Counted from the stretch's first letter, positions 40,081 to 49,144 are shown. The stretch: 64,000 nucleotides of DNA from an uncultured Gaiellaceae bacterium (GCA_963808915.1 CAWEHJ010000002.1:174815-238814), one strand, 5' to 3'. The notes: generated by a model not told the origin, from the letters alone. Program-made: numbers and translations.

Positions 40081-41916
40081 ATGAGCACGCCGCTCGAGGA
40101 CTACGGCCTGATCGGCGACCTCCAGACCGCGGCGCTCGTCTCCCGCTCCGGCTCGATCGACTGGCTCTGCCTGCCCCGCTTCGACTCGGGCGCCGTCTTC
40201 GCGGCCCTGCTCGGCGACGAGTCCCACGGCCGCTGGGCGATCAACCCCGCGGGGCGTCACCGGCCGCTCGGCCGGCGCTACCGCGGCGACACGCTCGTGC
40301 TCGAGACCGACATCCAGGGCGAGCACGGCGCGATCAGGCTGATCGACTTCATGCCGCCGCGCGGCGAGGCGCCGGACCTCGTCCGGATCGTGGAAGGCCT
40401 CGGTGGCACGGTCGAGGTCGAGATGGAGCTGGTGCTGCGCTTCGACTACGGGCACATCGTCCCCTGGGTGCATCGGGTCGACGGCGCCCTCGTCGGGACC
40501 GCCGGCCCCGACGCGGTCACGTTCGCGACGCCAGTCGAGCTCGTCGGCGAGAACATGCGCACGCACGCGAGCTTCACCGTCAAGGAGGGTGACCGGATCC
40601 CCTTCGTGCTGACGTGGTACCCATCCCACCAGCCGATTCCCGACCCCGTCGACGCCGAGCACGCGCTGCTCGACACCGAGCGGTACTGGCAGGAGTGGGA
40701 GACGCAGTGCACGCATGGCGGCGAGTGGCACGACGACGTGCATCGCTCGCTGATGATCCTGAAGGCGCTCACGTACTCGCCGACGGGCGGGATCGTGGCC
40801 GCCCCGACGGCCTCGCTCCCGGAGGCGCTCGGAGGCGTCCGGAACTGGGACTACCGCTTCTGCTGGCTGCGCGACGCCACCCTGACGCTGCTCTCGCTCG
40901 TTCGCGCCGGCTACGTCGACGAGGCGCGCGCGTGGCGCGACTGGCTGCTGCGCGCAATCGCGGGCAACCCGGGTCAGCTCCAGGTGATGTACGGCGTCGC
41001 CGGGGAGCGCCGCCTCGTCGAGATCGAGCTCGACTGGCTACCCGGCTACGAGGGCTCACGGCCCGTCCGGATCGGCAACGGCGCCTACGACCAGCTCCAG
41101 CTCGACATCTACGGCGAGATCATCGACGCGCTGCACCAGGCGCGGGTCGCCGGGCTCGAGGCAAAGGTCGAGGCGTGGAACCTGACCCGCAAGGTGCTCG
41201 AGTGGCTCGAGGACGGCTGGCGACAGCCCGACGAGGGGATCTGGGAGGTCCGCGGCCCGCGGCGGCACTTCACGCACTCCAAGGTGATGTGCTGGGTCGC
41301 GTTCGACCGGGCGGTGAAGACGATCGAACTGCTCGACCGCGAGGGGCCGATCGAGCGCTGGCGCGCGATCCGCGACGAGATCCACGCGCAGGTGCTGAGC
41401 GAGGGCTGGAATCCAAAGGTCGGCGCGTTCGTGCAGAGCTACGGCTCCGACCGGCTCGACGCGAGCGTGCTGATGCTGCCGCTCGTCGGCTTCCTGCCCG
41501 CCGACGACCCGCGGATGGTGAGCACGGTCGCGGCGATCGAGCGCGACCTGATGCGAAACGGATTCGTCGAGCGCTACCGCGCCGACGCCGAGAACGTCGA
41601 CGTCGACGGCCTGCCGCCGGGTGAAGGCGCCTTCCTGCCGTGCTCGTTCTGGCTCGTCCAGAACCTGGCGCTGCAGGGCCGGCGCGACGAGGCGCTCGAG
41701 CTCTTCGAGCGGCTGCTCGCGCTCCGGAACGACCTCGGCCTGATCTCGGAGGAGTACGACCCAGGGACGCGACGGCTGGTCGGCAACTTCCCGCAGGCCT
41801 TCACGCACCTCGCCCTGGTCGACACGGCGGTGCTGCTGTCCGAGGGCGAGGCGATGCGCTCGGTCGACGGCCGTCCGCACGGCGCCGACCGAGCACGGAG
41901 TGCTAGCGCCGACTAG
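40081..41916 (+). CDS. Glycoside hydrolase family 15 (glucoamylase/trehalase-like)
   Basis: 611 aa with YGLIGDLQTAALVSRSGSIDWLCLPRFDS, NWDYRFCWLRDA and the C-terminal NFPQAFTHLALV. Confidence 0.9.
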   Translation: MSTPLEDYGLIGDLQTAALVSRSGSIDWLCLPRFDSGAVFAALLGDESHGRWAINPAGRHRPLGRRYRGDTLVLETDIQGEHGAIRLIDFMPPRGEAPDLVRIVEGLGGTVEVEMELVLRFDYGHIVPWVHRVDGALVGTAGPDAVTFATPVELVGENMRTHASFTVKEGDRIPFVLTWYPSHQPIPDPVDAEHALLDTERYWQEWETQCTHGGEWHDDVHRSLMILKALTYSPTGGIVAAPTASLPEALGGVRNWDYRFCWLRDATLTLLSLVRAGYVDEARAWRDWLLRAIAGNPGQLQVMYGVAGERRLVEIELDWLPGYEGSRPVRIGNGAYDQLQLDIYGEIIDALHQARVAGLEAKVEAWNLTRKVLEWLEDGWRQPDEGIWEVRGPRRHFTHSKVMCWVAFDRAVKTIELLDREGPIERWRAIRDEIHAQVLSEGWNPKVGAFVQSYGSDRLDASVLMLPLVGFLPADDPRMVSTVAAIERDLMRNGFVERYRADAENVDVDGLPPGEGAFLPCSFWLVQNLALQGRRDEALELFERLLALRNDLGLISEEYDPGTRRLVGNFPQAFTHLALVDTAVLLSEGEAMRSVDGRPHGADRARSASAD

Positions 41917-41966
41917 CAGCAGTCGTCGCCGCTGCAGCACTCACCGCCGTCGCAACAGCCGCTCAT
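41913..41966 (-). CDS. 17-codon cysteine-rich ORF, MSGCCDGGECCSGDDCC (candidate mini-metallothionein)
   Basis: Its ATG overlaps the ArsR stop (ATGA). It has three CC pairs spaced by 4 residues. It is too short for the ORF track, and coding status is unproven. Confidence 0.35.
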   Translation of the reverse strand: MSGCCDGGECCSGDDCC

Positions 41967-42307
41967 ACGGGCACCTCCTTCAGGGTGACGAGGGACGAGA
42001 TCGCCGCAAGCCTCGCGCGGTCGAGCGTGTAGAAGGCCCAGCGGCCACGCGGCTCGCGCTCGAGCAAGCCGGCGTCGGTCAGCGTCTTCAGGTGGTGCGA
42101 GACGGTGCCCTGCGAGAGGCCGAGGACGGGAACGAGCTCGCAGACGCAGACCGGCTCATCGCTCGTCGCGAGCAGGTTGACGAGGCGGACCCGCGCCGGG
42201 TCGGAGAGCGCCTTGAAGAGCCTTGCCGCCTCGCCCGCTTCATCGTCGGAGAGCGGCGACGCGTCGAGCGGGCTGCAGCAGGCGATCAGTGGCAGCGGTC
42301 GGTTCAT
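41963..42307 (-). CDS. ArsR/SmtB-family metal(loid)-sensing repressor (CadC-like Cys pattern)
   Basis: ALSDPARVRLVNLL, the CVCE motif in helix 3 (EPVCVCELV), GLSQGTVSHHLKTL, and an N-terminal CC pair. The ATG at 42307 is preferred over the TTG at 42322. Confidence 0.85.
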   Translation of the reverse strand: MNRPLPLIACCSPLDASPLSDDEAGEAARLFKALSDPARVRLVNLLATSDEPVCVCELVPVLGLSQGTVSHHLKTLTDAGLLEREPRGRWAFYTLDRARLAAISSLVTLKEVPV

Positions 42308-42341
42308 ATCGACGGACGTCAATATATCGACGAACGTCGAT
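42308..42341. promoter_or_regulatory. Two tandem 7-2-7 inverted repeats (candidate ArsR operators)
   Basis: ATCGACG-GA-CGTCAAT (42308..42323) and the perfect ATCGACG-AA-CGTCGAT (42326..42341) lie directly upstream of the arsR-like start. Confidence 0.55.
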
Positions 42342-42346
42342 CGATG

Positions 42347-43159
42347 TCAAGGCAATCGTTCGACGGCAACGACGATGTGCGTGCCGCCGTCGAGTGCACC
42401 GGGCTCGCGGCAGGCCGCGAGCTCCAGCTCGAGCCAGCGCTCGTCCGAGGCGAACGTCTCCTCGTCGCCGATCGAGAGGAAGTTCGACGCCGACGCGGCG
42501 ACGATCCGACAGGGATGGCGGCCCAGGAGCGCCTCCACCTCTCGCCAGCGGTACATCCGCAGCACGTGTCCCTTGTTCAGCTCGGCGTCGAGCAGGCCCG
42601 TCTCGAAGATGCGGTCGACGCCGCGCTCCCAGCCGAATGACTCGATCAGTTCGGGGAAGAACGCGAAGAATGCTCTGGCGGTGCCGAGCAGCGACATGAA
42701 CGTCACGAGGAGGTGGCCGCCGGTCCGGGTGACGCGCAGGAGCTCGGCAATGGCGTCGTCCGCTCGCTCGAGCACGTAGCTCACCGGTCCGCCGTAACAG
42801 ACCGTCGCGTCGAAGGCGCCGTCCGGGTAGCGGCTGAGATCGAGCACGTCGAGGAGGACGCGGTCCTCGATCGCGTCCTCGACGGCGGCGGTCTTCTCGC
42901 GATGCAGATCCAGCTGGCCGGGCGAGATGTCGCCGACGACGACCCGAGCGCCGATCCGCGCGAGCTCGAGCGTGAAGCGCCCCGGCCCGGCACCGGCGTC
43001 GAGGACGCGATCGCCCGGCCGGATGAACTCCGCCAGCAGCCGCCGATGGACTTTGAGCCCGGCGCGATGCATCGGCGACGCGTCGAACCGCTCCCACTCG
43101 CGCTCGCCGTACTCGTCGAAGAAGCGGGAAATGTGTGCTGGGTCGTACCGTGGTTCCAC
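42347..43159 (-). CDS. Class I SAM-dependent methyltransferase
   Basis: 270 aa with VLDAGAGPGRFTLELA (motif I) and VVVGDIS. Confidence 0.8.
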   Translation of the reverse strand: MEPRYDPAHISRFFDEYGEREWERFDASPMHRAGLKVHRRLLAEFIRPGDRVLDAGAGPGRFTLELARIGARVVVGDISPGQLDLHREKTAAVEDAIEDRVLLDVLDLSRYPDGAFDATVCYGGPVSYVLERADDAIAELLRVTRTGGHLLVTFMSLLGTARAFFAFFPELIESFGWERGVDRIFETGLLDAELNKGHVLRMYRWREVEALLGRHPCRIVAASASNFLSIGDEETFASDERWLELELAACREPGALDGGTHIVVAVERLP

Positions 43160-43173
43160 GTGGCGAGCGTACG

Positions 43174-46100
43174 TCAGCGGTGCCCGAAGTGGTGGGCAGC
43201 CGGGAGCGAATCGGCGACCTCGAGTGTGCCGGCGAGCTCCCTGGCAAGCGGGCCGAGGGTCTCCAGCGCCTCGACGAGGACGTTCCGGTTCTCGCCGTGG
43301 CGCTCGAAGCGGCCGCGGGCGAGCAGCAGCGGCTCCCCGCGCACGATCGCCCGGTGCCGCTCGTACACCTGAGGCGGCACGATCAGGTTCACCTGGCCGC
43401 CCTCGTCCTCGAGCAGCATGAAGACGACCCCCTTCGCCGTCGCCGGCCGCTGGCGCGCGACGGCCATGCCCGCGAAGGCGACCCGGCTGCCATGACCCTG
43501 GACGTTCAGCTCGGCGCTCGTCAGCGTCCCCGTGGGCAGGTGCGGACGCAGCAGCTCGAGTGGGTGCACGCCGACCGAGACCCCGGTACCGCGGTAGTCG
43601 GCGAGCATCCGCTCCCAGGGATTCAGGTCGCGGAGCTCAGGCGTCTCGACGGTCGGGTCGAGCGCGAGCGTCAGCTGGCGCTGCTCACCCCCGCTCCCGG
43701 CCACGGTCTGCGGCCGGTAGACGAGCCCGAGCTCCCAGAGCAGGTCTCGACGCCGTTCGCCGAGGCAGTCGCAGGCGCCGCTGCGAACGAGCGCCTCGAG
43801 CCGCTGCCGCTCGATCCGCACGCGTCTGGCCAGGTCGGCCACGCCGCGGAAGGGCCCGCCCTCATACCGGGCGACCACGACGGCCTCGGCCCCGTCCGAA
43901 CCGAGCGAGGTGACGTAGTCGAGCCCCATCCGCACCGCGCCCTCCTCGAGCACCGCCTGCGCCGCGCTCGCGTTCACGTCGGGCGGCAGGGTGCTGACGC
44001 CGTGCCGCTCGGCGTCGCGGACGAGCGAGGCGGGCGGGTAGAAGCCCATCGGCTGCGCGTTCAGGAGCGCACAGAGGAACTCGGCCGGATAGTGGTGCCG
44101 CAGCCATGCCGACTGGTAGGCGAGCAGCCCGAACGCGGCCGCGTGCGACTTCGGGAAGCCGAAGCCGGAGAAGCCGACGAGCTTGTCGTAGACGCCGTGC
44201 GCGATCTCGGCCGACACGCCCTTCGCGCCCGCACCTTCGACGAAGCGGTCGCGGTAGGCCTCGATCGCGGCCTCGCTCCGCTTCCGGCTCATCGCGCGCC
44301 GCAAGCCCTCGGCCTCCCCCACGCTGAAGCCGGCCAGCGCCATCGCCACGTCGAGCACCTGGTCCTGGAAGACGACGACGCCGAGCGTGGCGTGCAGCGG
44401 CTCGCGAAGCGACGGATGGTCGACCGGCCAGACGAACTCCGGGTCCTCGCGCAGCCGCCGCCGGTGCTCGATGTACGGATGGACGGCCTTGCCCTGGATC
44501 GGCCCCGGCCGGACGAGCGCGACCTGGACGGTCAGGTCGTCGAGGTTCTCCGGGCACGTGCGGAGCAGGCTCTGCATCTGGGCGCGGCTCTCGATCTGGA
44601 AGTCGCCGACGGTGTCCGCGCGCTGGATGTCGGCAAAGACGTCCGGGTCGTCGAGGGGGATCCGCGAGAGGTCGATCGGCTCGCCATAGCCCTCCGCGAT
44701 CAGCTCGACGCAGTCCTCGACCGCCGAGAGCATCCCGAGCCCGAGCAGGTCGATCTTGAGGAAGCCCGCGTCCGCGCACGAGTCCTTGTCCCACTGGCAG
44801 AGCTGGCGGCCGGCCATCGCCGCCGGCTGCACGGGCACGAGCTCGACGAGCGGCCTGGTCGAGATCACCATCCCGCCCGGATGCTGCGAGACGTGTCTGG
44901 GCAGGCCTGCGATCTCCGCGGTCAGCTCGGCGAAGGCGCGCCAGCGCGGCGAGAGCAGTCGCCGCTCCGCGTCTGGCAGCTGCTTCAGCTCCTCGCCGAC
45001 CCGCTTTGCATTCCAGCCGTCGCTGACCCGTGCCAGCCGCTCGAGCTCGGCGTACGGGAGGCCGAGTGCCTTGCCGACGTCGCGGATCGCGCCCCGGCTG
45101 CGGTAGGTGGCGAAGCTGGCGACGAGGGCGGCGTGCTCCCGGCCGTAGCGCTCGGTCACGCGGACGATCAGCTTCTCGCGGATGTCGCGCGGGAAATCGA
45201 GGTCGATGTCCGGCACCGACTTCAGCTCGCGGTTGAGGAAGCGGCCGAGCGAGAGCTCGCTCGCGACCGGGTCGACGTGCGAAAGCCCCGTCAGGTAGCA
45301 GACGATCGAGCCGACCGAGCTGCCGCGGCCGCGCCCGGGCGGCAGGAAGCGCCGCGGCGAGCCGGCGCCGCGCACCTCCCGCGCGCACTCCCGGGCCAGC
45401 TCGAGCACCTCCCAGTGGAGCAGGAAGAACCCCGCGAGCCCGAGCTCGTGGATCAGCGCGAGCTCTTCGTCGAGCCGCGCGCGAGCCCGACTTTGCAACA
45501 GACTGTTGCAAACTCCGTAGCGGTCGTCGAAGCCGTGCCAGCAGACCTCCGCCAGCTGGGTGATGGCCGGGTCGGCCCCGTCCGAGAAGTCCGGGTAGCG
45601 GTAGCCGAGCTCCTCGGTCAGGTCGAAGCGGAGGCGGTCGGCGAGCTCGGCGCTTCGCTCCGCGGCGCCCGGGTCGAGCGGGCCGAGCCGCTCCAGCATC
45701 TCCGCCGGCGAGCGCAGGATCGACTCCCGGTTGCCGCGCCGCTCACGCTCGCAGCCGTCGAGCGAGGTGCGACAGCGGATCGCGACGAGCACGTCCTGGA
45801 GCGCGAGCCGGCTCGGGTGGTGCGCATGGACGTCACCGGTCGCGACCGTCTGCACGCCGAGGTGGGCGGCGAGGTCGCGCAGGCGAGCCGCCCGCCTGAC
45901 GTCGCCCCGCTCGTACGGGCGCTGCAGCTCGACGAGGAAGCGCTCCCGGCCGAACGCCCGCGCGAGCCGCGCCGCGCCGTTCGGGTCGAGCAGCCCCAGC
46001 CCCTGGCGCACGCAGCCGGAGAGGCAGACGAGCCCGTCGTTCCGCTCCTCGAGCAGCGCGAGGTCGAGCGAGGGCGGCAGCAGGTCGGACTCGCGGCCCG

Positions 46101-46404
46101 GCAGGCGGGTTCCCGCGTGGGCCGCGGTGAGCAGCCGGCAGAGGTTCGCGTAGCCCTGCCTCGTCTCGACGAGCAGCGTCACGTGCATGCCGCCCGCGAG
46201 GGTCACCTCGGCGCCGGTGATCGCGCGCAGACCGAAGAACCTGGCCGCGTGCGCGAACTCGAGCGAGCCGTAGATGCCGTCGTGGTCGGTGAGCGCGAGC
46301 GCCTCGTAGCCGAGCTCGGCCGCCCGTGCCGCCAGCTCCTCGGGCTGGGAGGCACCGTCGAGGAACGAATACGATGAGTGCGCGTGCAGCTCGACGTAGC
46401 CCAA
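43174..46404 (-). CDS. dnaE2: Error-prone DNA polymerase III alpha-like subunit
   Basis: 1076 aa, intact. The PHP N-terminus is YVELHAHSSYSFLDGAS. The TTG start is preceded by AGGAGG. Confidence 0.95.
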   Translation of the reverse strand: MGYVELHAHSSYSFLDGASQPEELAARAAELGYEALALTDHDGIYGSLEFAHAARFFGLRAITGAEVTLAGGMHVTLLVETRQGYANLCRLLTAAHAGTRLPGRESDLLPPSLDLALLEERNDGLVCLSGCVRQGLGLLDPNGAARLARAFGRERFLVELQRPYERGDVRRAARLRDLAAHLGVQTVATGDVHAHHPSRLALQDVLVAIRCRTSLDGCERERRGNRESILRSPAEMLERLGPLDPGAAERSAELADRLRFDLTEELGYRYPDFSDGADPAITQLAEVCWHGFDDRYGVCNSLLQSRARARLDEELALIHELGLAGFFLLHWEVLELARECAREVRGAGSPRRFLPPGRGRGSSVGSIVCYLTGLSHVDPVASELSLGRFLNRELKSVPDIDLDFPRDIREKLIVRVTERYGREHAALVASFATYRSRGAIRDVGKALGLPYAELERLARVSDGWNAKRVGEELKQLPDAERRLLSPRWRAFAELTAEIAGLPRHVSQHPGGMVISTRPLVELVPVQPAAMAGRQLCQWDKDSCADAGFLKIDLLGLGMLSAVEDCVELIAEGYGEPIDLSRIPLDDPDVFADIQRADTVGDFQIESRAQMQSLLRTCPENLDDLTVQVALVRPGPIQGKAVHPYIEHRRRLREDPEFVWPVDHPSLREPLHATLGVVVFQDQVLDVAMALAGFSVGEAEGLRRAMSRKRSEAAIEAYRDRFVEGAGAKGVSAEIAHGVYDKLVGFSGFGFPKSHAAAFGLLAYQSAWLRHHYPAEFLCALLNAQPMGFYPPASLVRDAERHGVSTLPPDVNASAAQAVLEEGAVRMGLDYVTSLGSDGAEAVVVARYEGGPFRGVADLARRVRIERQRLEALVRSGACDCLGERRRDLLWELGLVYRPQTVAGSGGEQRQLTLALDPTVETPELRDLNPWERMLADYRGTGVSVGVHPLELLRPHLPTGTLTSAELNVQGHGSRVAFAGMAVARQRPATAKGVVFMLLEDEGGQVNLIVPPQVYERHRAIVRGEPLLLARGRFERHGENRNVLVEALETLGPLARELAGTLEVADSLPAAHHFGHR
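45492..45512. repeat. Low-GC perfect palindromic 21-mer, copy 2 (TTTGCAACAG-A-CTGTTGCAAA), in frame inside dnaE2
   Basis: A 10-1-10 perfect inverted repeat with 38% GC. It encodes VCNSLLQ using rare codons. See copy 1 at 27437..27457. Confidence 0.8.
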
Positions 46405-46434
46405 CCGGTCCTCCTACCGCCCGGAGCGGGCGAG

Positions 46435-47235
46435 GTGATCGGAGACTCCGCGAACCGGCGGGTCGAGATCCTCTCCGACGACGAGTCGCTGAACGCGACG
46501 TGGTCGCGCTTCGGCCCGCATCGCGAGGGCGCCGACCTGCACGTCCATCACCACCACACCGACTTCTTCTACGTGCTCGAGGGCGAGCTGACCGTCCGCC
46601 TCGGGCTCGAGGACCGGAACGTCACCGTCCCGGCGGGGACGCTCGCGCGCGTGCCGCCGCTCGTCGTGCACGGCTTCCGGAACGGGAGCGAGGCGCAGGT
46701 GCGCTACCTCAACTTCCACGCGCCCGGGCAGCGCTTCGCGGACTACCTGCGCGCGATGCGCGACGGCCGCTCGTTCTCCTACGACCAGCACGAGCCGCCT
46801 GCGGACGGCGGCCGACCCGCCACGGAGGCGGTGGTCGGCGGCGACGGCTTCGTCGCCGAGCGGCCGGGCCTGCGCGTGGAGCTGCTCGCGGACATCGAGG
46901 CGATCGGGATCGCGGAGGTGCGGAGCGAGCCGGGCAGCCCGTCGCCGCCGACGCATCTGCACCGCCTCCACGTCGAGTCGTTCTACGTGCTCGAGGGCGA
47001 GCTGACGCTCACGGCCGCCGGGCGGGAGCTTCGCGCCGGGGCTGGCTCGTGGGTGCAGGTGCCTCCGGGGGTGTCCCACACGTTCGCCTTCACGGGCGAC
47101 AGGCCGACGCGCTTCCTCAACCTGCACTCGCCGAGCAGCGGCTACGGCGCCTTCGTCCGCGGGCTGCACGAGGCGCGGGACGAGGCCGAGCTCGCGGCCG
47201 TGCGGGCCGCGTTCGACCAGGTCGCGGTGGACTGA
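46435..47235 (+). CDS. Bicupin-domain protein
   Basis: Two cupin cores (HVHHHHTDFFYVLEGEL and HLHRLHVESFYVLEGEL). The GTG at 46435 is chosen to avoid overlap with the dnaE2 start. The ORF track start is 46378. Confidence 0.75.
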   Translation: MIGDSANRRVEILSDDESLNATWSRFGPHREGADLHVHHHHTDFFYVLEGELTVRLGLEDRNVTVPAGTLARVPPLVVHGFRNGSEAQVRYLNFHAPGQRFADYLRAMRDGRSFSYDQHEPPADGGRPATEAVVGGDGFVAERPGLRVELLADIEAIGIAEVRSEPGSPSPPTHLHRLHVESFYVLEGELTLTAAGRELRAGAGSWVQVPPGVSHTFAFTGDRPTRFLNLHSPSSGYGAFVRGLHEARDEAELAAVRAAFDQVAVD

Positions 47236-47313
47236 CGCATGACCTGGGACGAGTTGCTCGTGCCGGAGGCGCTCTCCCACCGCTGGCGTGACCTCCTCGA
47301 GCGCGCGATCTAG

Positions 47314-47688
47314 ATGGCCGCGCCGGCGCCCGGACGCGCGCAGTTCGACGACATCTGCGACGCGCTGACCGCCTGGCACGAGGACGTCCGCCGCAGCACC
47401 ATCTTCGGCATGCCCTGCCTGAAGAAGGCCGGCCGCGTGATCTTCGGCTTCCCGCGGAGCGGCCGCGGGATGGTGTTCAAGCTCGAGGACCCGGAGGTGC
47501 ACGCCCGCGCGCTCGCGCTGCCGGGGGCGCACCTGTTCGACCCGTCCGGCCGCGGCAACACCGTCTTCAAGCAGTGGGTCGTCGTCCCTCCCGCGCAGGC
47601 GGACGAGTGGGAAGCGCTCGCGCTGGACGCCCTTCGTGGTCACGCACCCCTCTGGGAGAACCAGGATCCGGCGTCCTCGTCGCGGTAG
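47314..47688 (+). CDS. Hypothetical protein (TfoX-N / YjbR-like pattern)
   Basis: 124 aa. The STIFGMPCLKKAGRVIFGF...MVFKL...GAHLFDPSGRGNTVFKQWVVVP pattern resembles those families. The 3' end overlaps the imuB tail convergently, so the end is uncertain. Confidence 0.45.
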   Translation: MAAPAPGRAQFDDICDALTAWHEDVRRSTIFGMPCLKKAGRVIFGFPRSGRGMVFKLEDPEVHARALALPGAHLFDPSGRGNTVFKQWVVVPPAQADEWEALALDALRGHAPLWENQDPASSSR

Positions 47689-49068
47689 ACGCAGGCGTTC
47701 TCGCCCGACTCGAGCACGAGGTCGAAGTAGCGGCGGTCGACCGGCTCCTCGGTCCACCAGCGGTCGACGACCCGCCACTCCTCGCGCACGACCGCGACCG
47801 GCTGGCGGTTCACGCGCGTGGGCGTGCCGTCGAACGCCGCCTCGACCAGCACCGGCCGCGGCGCGTTGAGCCGGCGTGCTGCGCTAGTCGTCACGTGGCA
47901 CGAACAGCGCGCGCGCCTCGGGAATGCGTGACCAGGGAGCGACTTCGACAACTGCACAGACCGACCCCGACCCCGTCGACGAGCGCACCTGACGGAGCCC
48001 TTCCTTCAACCGCCCGCCGAGCTCGGCACCGGCCGGCTCGACGAGCGCGAGCTGGCTGCCGACGTGCTCGGCGAGATCGACGGCCTCGAGCCGCAGCTCG
48101 ACGACCGGCGCTGGGATCTCGGCGAGCTTCGGCCCGAGGGCCACGCGGAGCCTCGCCTCGTCGGCGCTCGCCTCGCGGAACGTAACCGTCCGGCGCCAGG
48201 AGCCTCCGCCGACGAGCCGGGCGGAGATCGCCGCCTTGCGCAGCGGCCGTCCGCCCCGCTCGGGCCGGGCGAGCAGCCGCTCGAGCAGCGCCCCGAACGC
48301 GCGCCGCAGCGTCAGCTCGTTCCCGACCGCCTCGGGAAACGTGAGCGTCTCGGCGAGCTCGACGGCCGGCGGGCGCCCCCGCACCCGCCTGTGGCCGCCG
48401 CCGCGGGCCAGTCCCCAGGCCCGCCTGCCTTCCTGGCCGAGCCGCTCCGCAACGGCTCCGCCCGGGAGCCGTGCGAGCTCGCCCAGACGCTGGACGCCGA
48501 GCCCTTCGAGCTCGGCGTAGCGCTCGGGCGGCAGTGGCAGCAGCGAGAGCGGCAGCGGCGCCAGGAAGCTCTCCTCGTTCTCGCCCTGGACGACCAGCGC
48601 CTGGCCGGACCGGGCGACACCGGCGGCGGCGAGCGCGGCGAAGCGGCGCGTCGCCGCACCCGCACGCGGGTCCCAGGAGGTCCCGACGGCTGCGAGTGCC
48701 CGCTCGAGCGCCGCGTCGACGCCGCCGTAGAGGCGCTCGACGCCCTTCGTCTCGAACGTGACCGCGCCCGGCTCCTCGGGCTCGACCGCGAAGCCCGCGT
48801 CCTCGAGCCGCTGCAGCACGCCTTCCCACTCCTGCTCGACGGTCGCCGGGTCGCGCTCGACGAGCACGAGCTCGGGGCAAGTGGCGAGCGCCTCGCCGAG
48901 CCGCATGCCCGGCTGGACCCCGGCCGCCTGCGCGGCGGCGGTGACAGGCCCGAGCAGCGGCTCGGTGCCCGCCTCCGGAGCGAGCGCAGCGGGGACGAGC
49001 GCGAGCCGCGGCCGGTTCCTCAGCGCGGCGCGCAACTCGAAGGCCGGGATGAGGATGCAGGCGATCAC
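47640..49068 (-). pseudogene. imuB: ImuB (Y-family-polymerase-like mutasome subunit), split into a 394-aa body and a C-terminal-domain ORF; probable frameshift at about 47885-47900
   Basis: ORF 47884..49068 begins MIACILIPAFELRAA. ORF 47640..47957 carries the ImuB C-terminal pattern EEWRVVDRWWTEEPVDRRYFDLVLESGENACVYRDEDAGSWFSQRG. Confidence 0.8.
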
Positions 49069-49070
49069 AG

Positions 49071-49101
49071 GAACGTATGTTCTACATGCGAACGTATGTT
49101 C
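49071..49101. promoter_or_regulatory. Two LexA SOS (Cheo-type) boxes, GAACGTATGTTC x2
   Basis: 49071..49082 and 49090..49101. The second reads CGAACGTATGTTCC, which fits CGAAC-RNRY-GTTYC. The first ends 2 nt from the imuB GTG. Confidence 0.75.
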
Positions 49102-49144
49102 CTGTCAACTCCGATTGGCGGTTCACCGCCGAAGAGGCGGCGGC

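Noticed and set aside
47240-47313. A 24-codon ORF ending in a TAG immediately followed by the ATG of the TfoX-N/YjbR-like gene, considered as stop-codon readthrough or recoding.
   Set aside because: There is no supporting recoding context. The arrangement is equally explained by an unrelated upstream micro-ORF, a point error, or an N-terminal extension disrupted by mutation. The evidence is insufficient.
47640-47957. The small ORF downstream of imuB, considered as a possible novel mutasome accessory gene or imuA substitute.
   Set aside because: Its sequence (EEWRVVDRWWTEEPVDRRYF...GSWFSQRG) matches the pattern I recall for the C-terminal domain of full-length ImuB proteins. It overlaps the imuB end in another frame. 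Given the indel load of this contig, it is most likely the split-off ImuB C-terminus.
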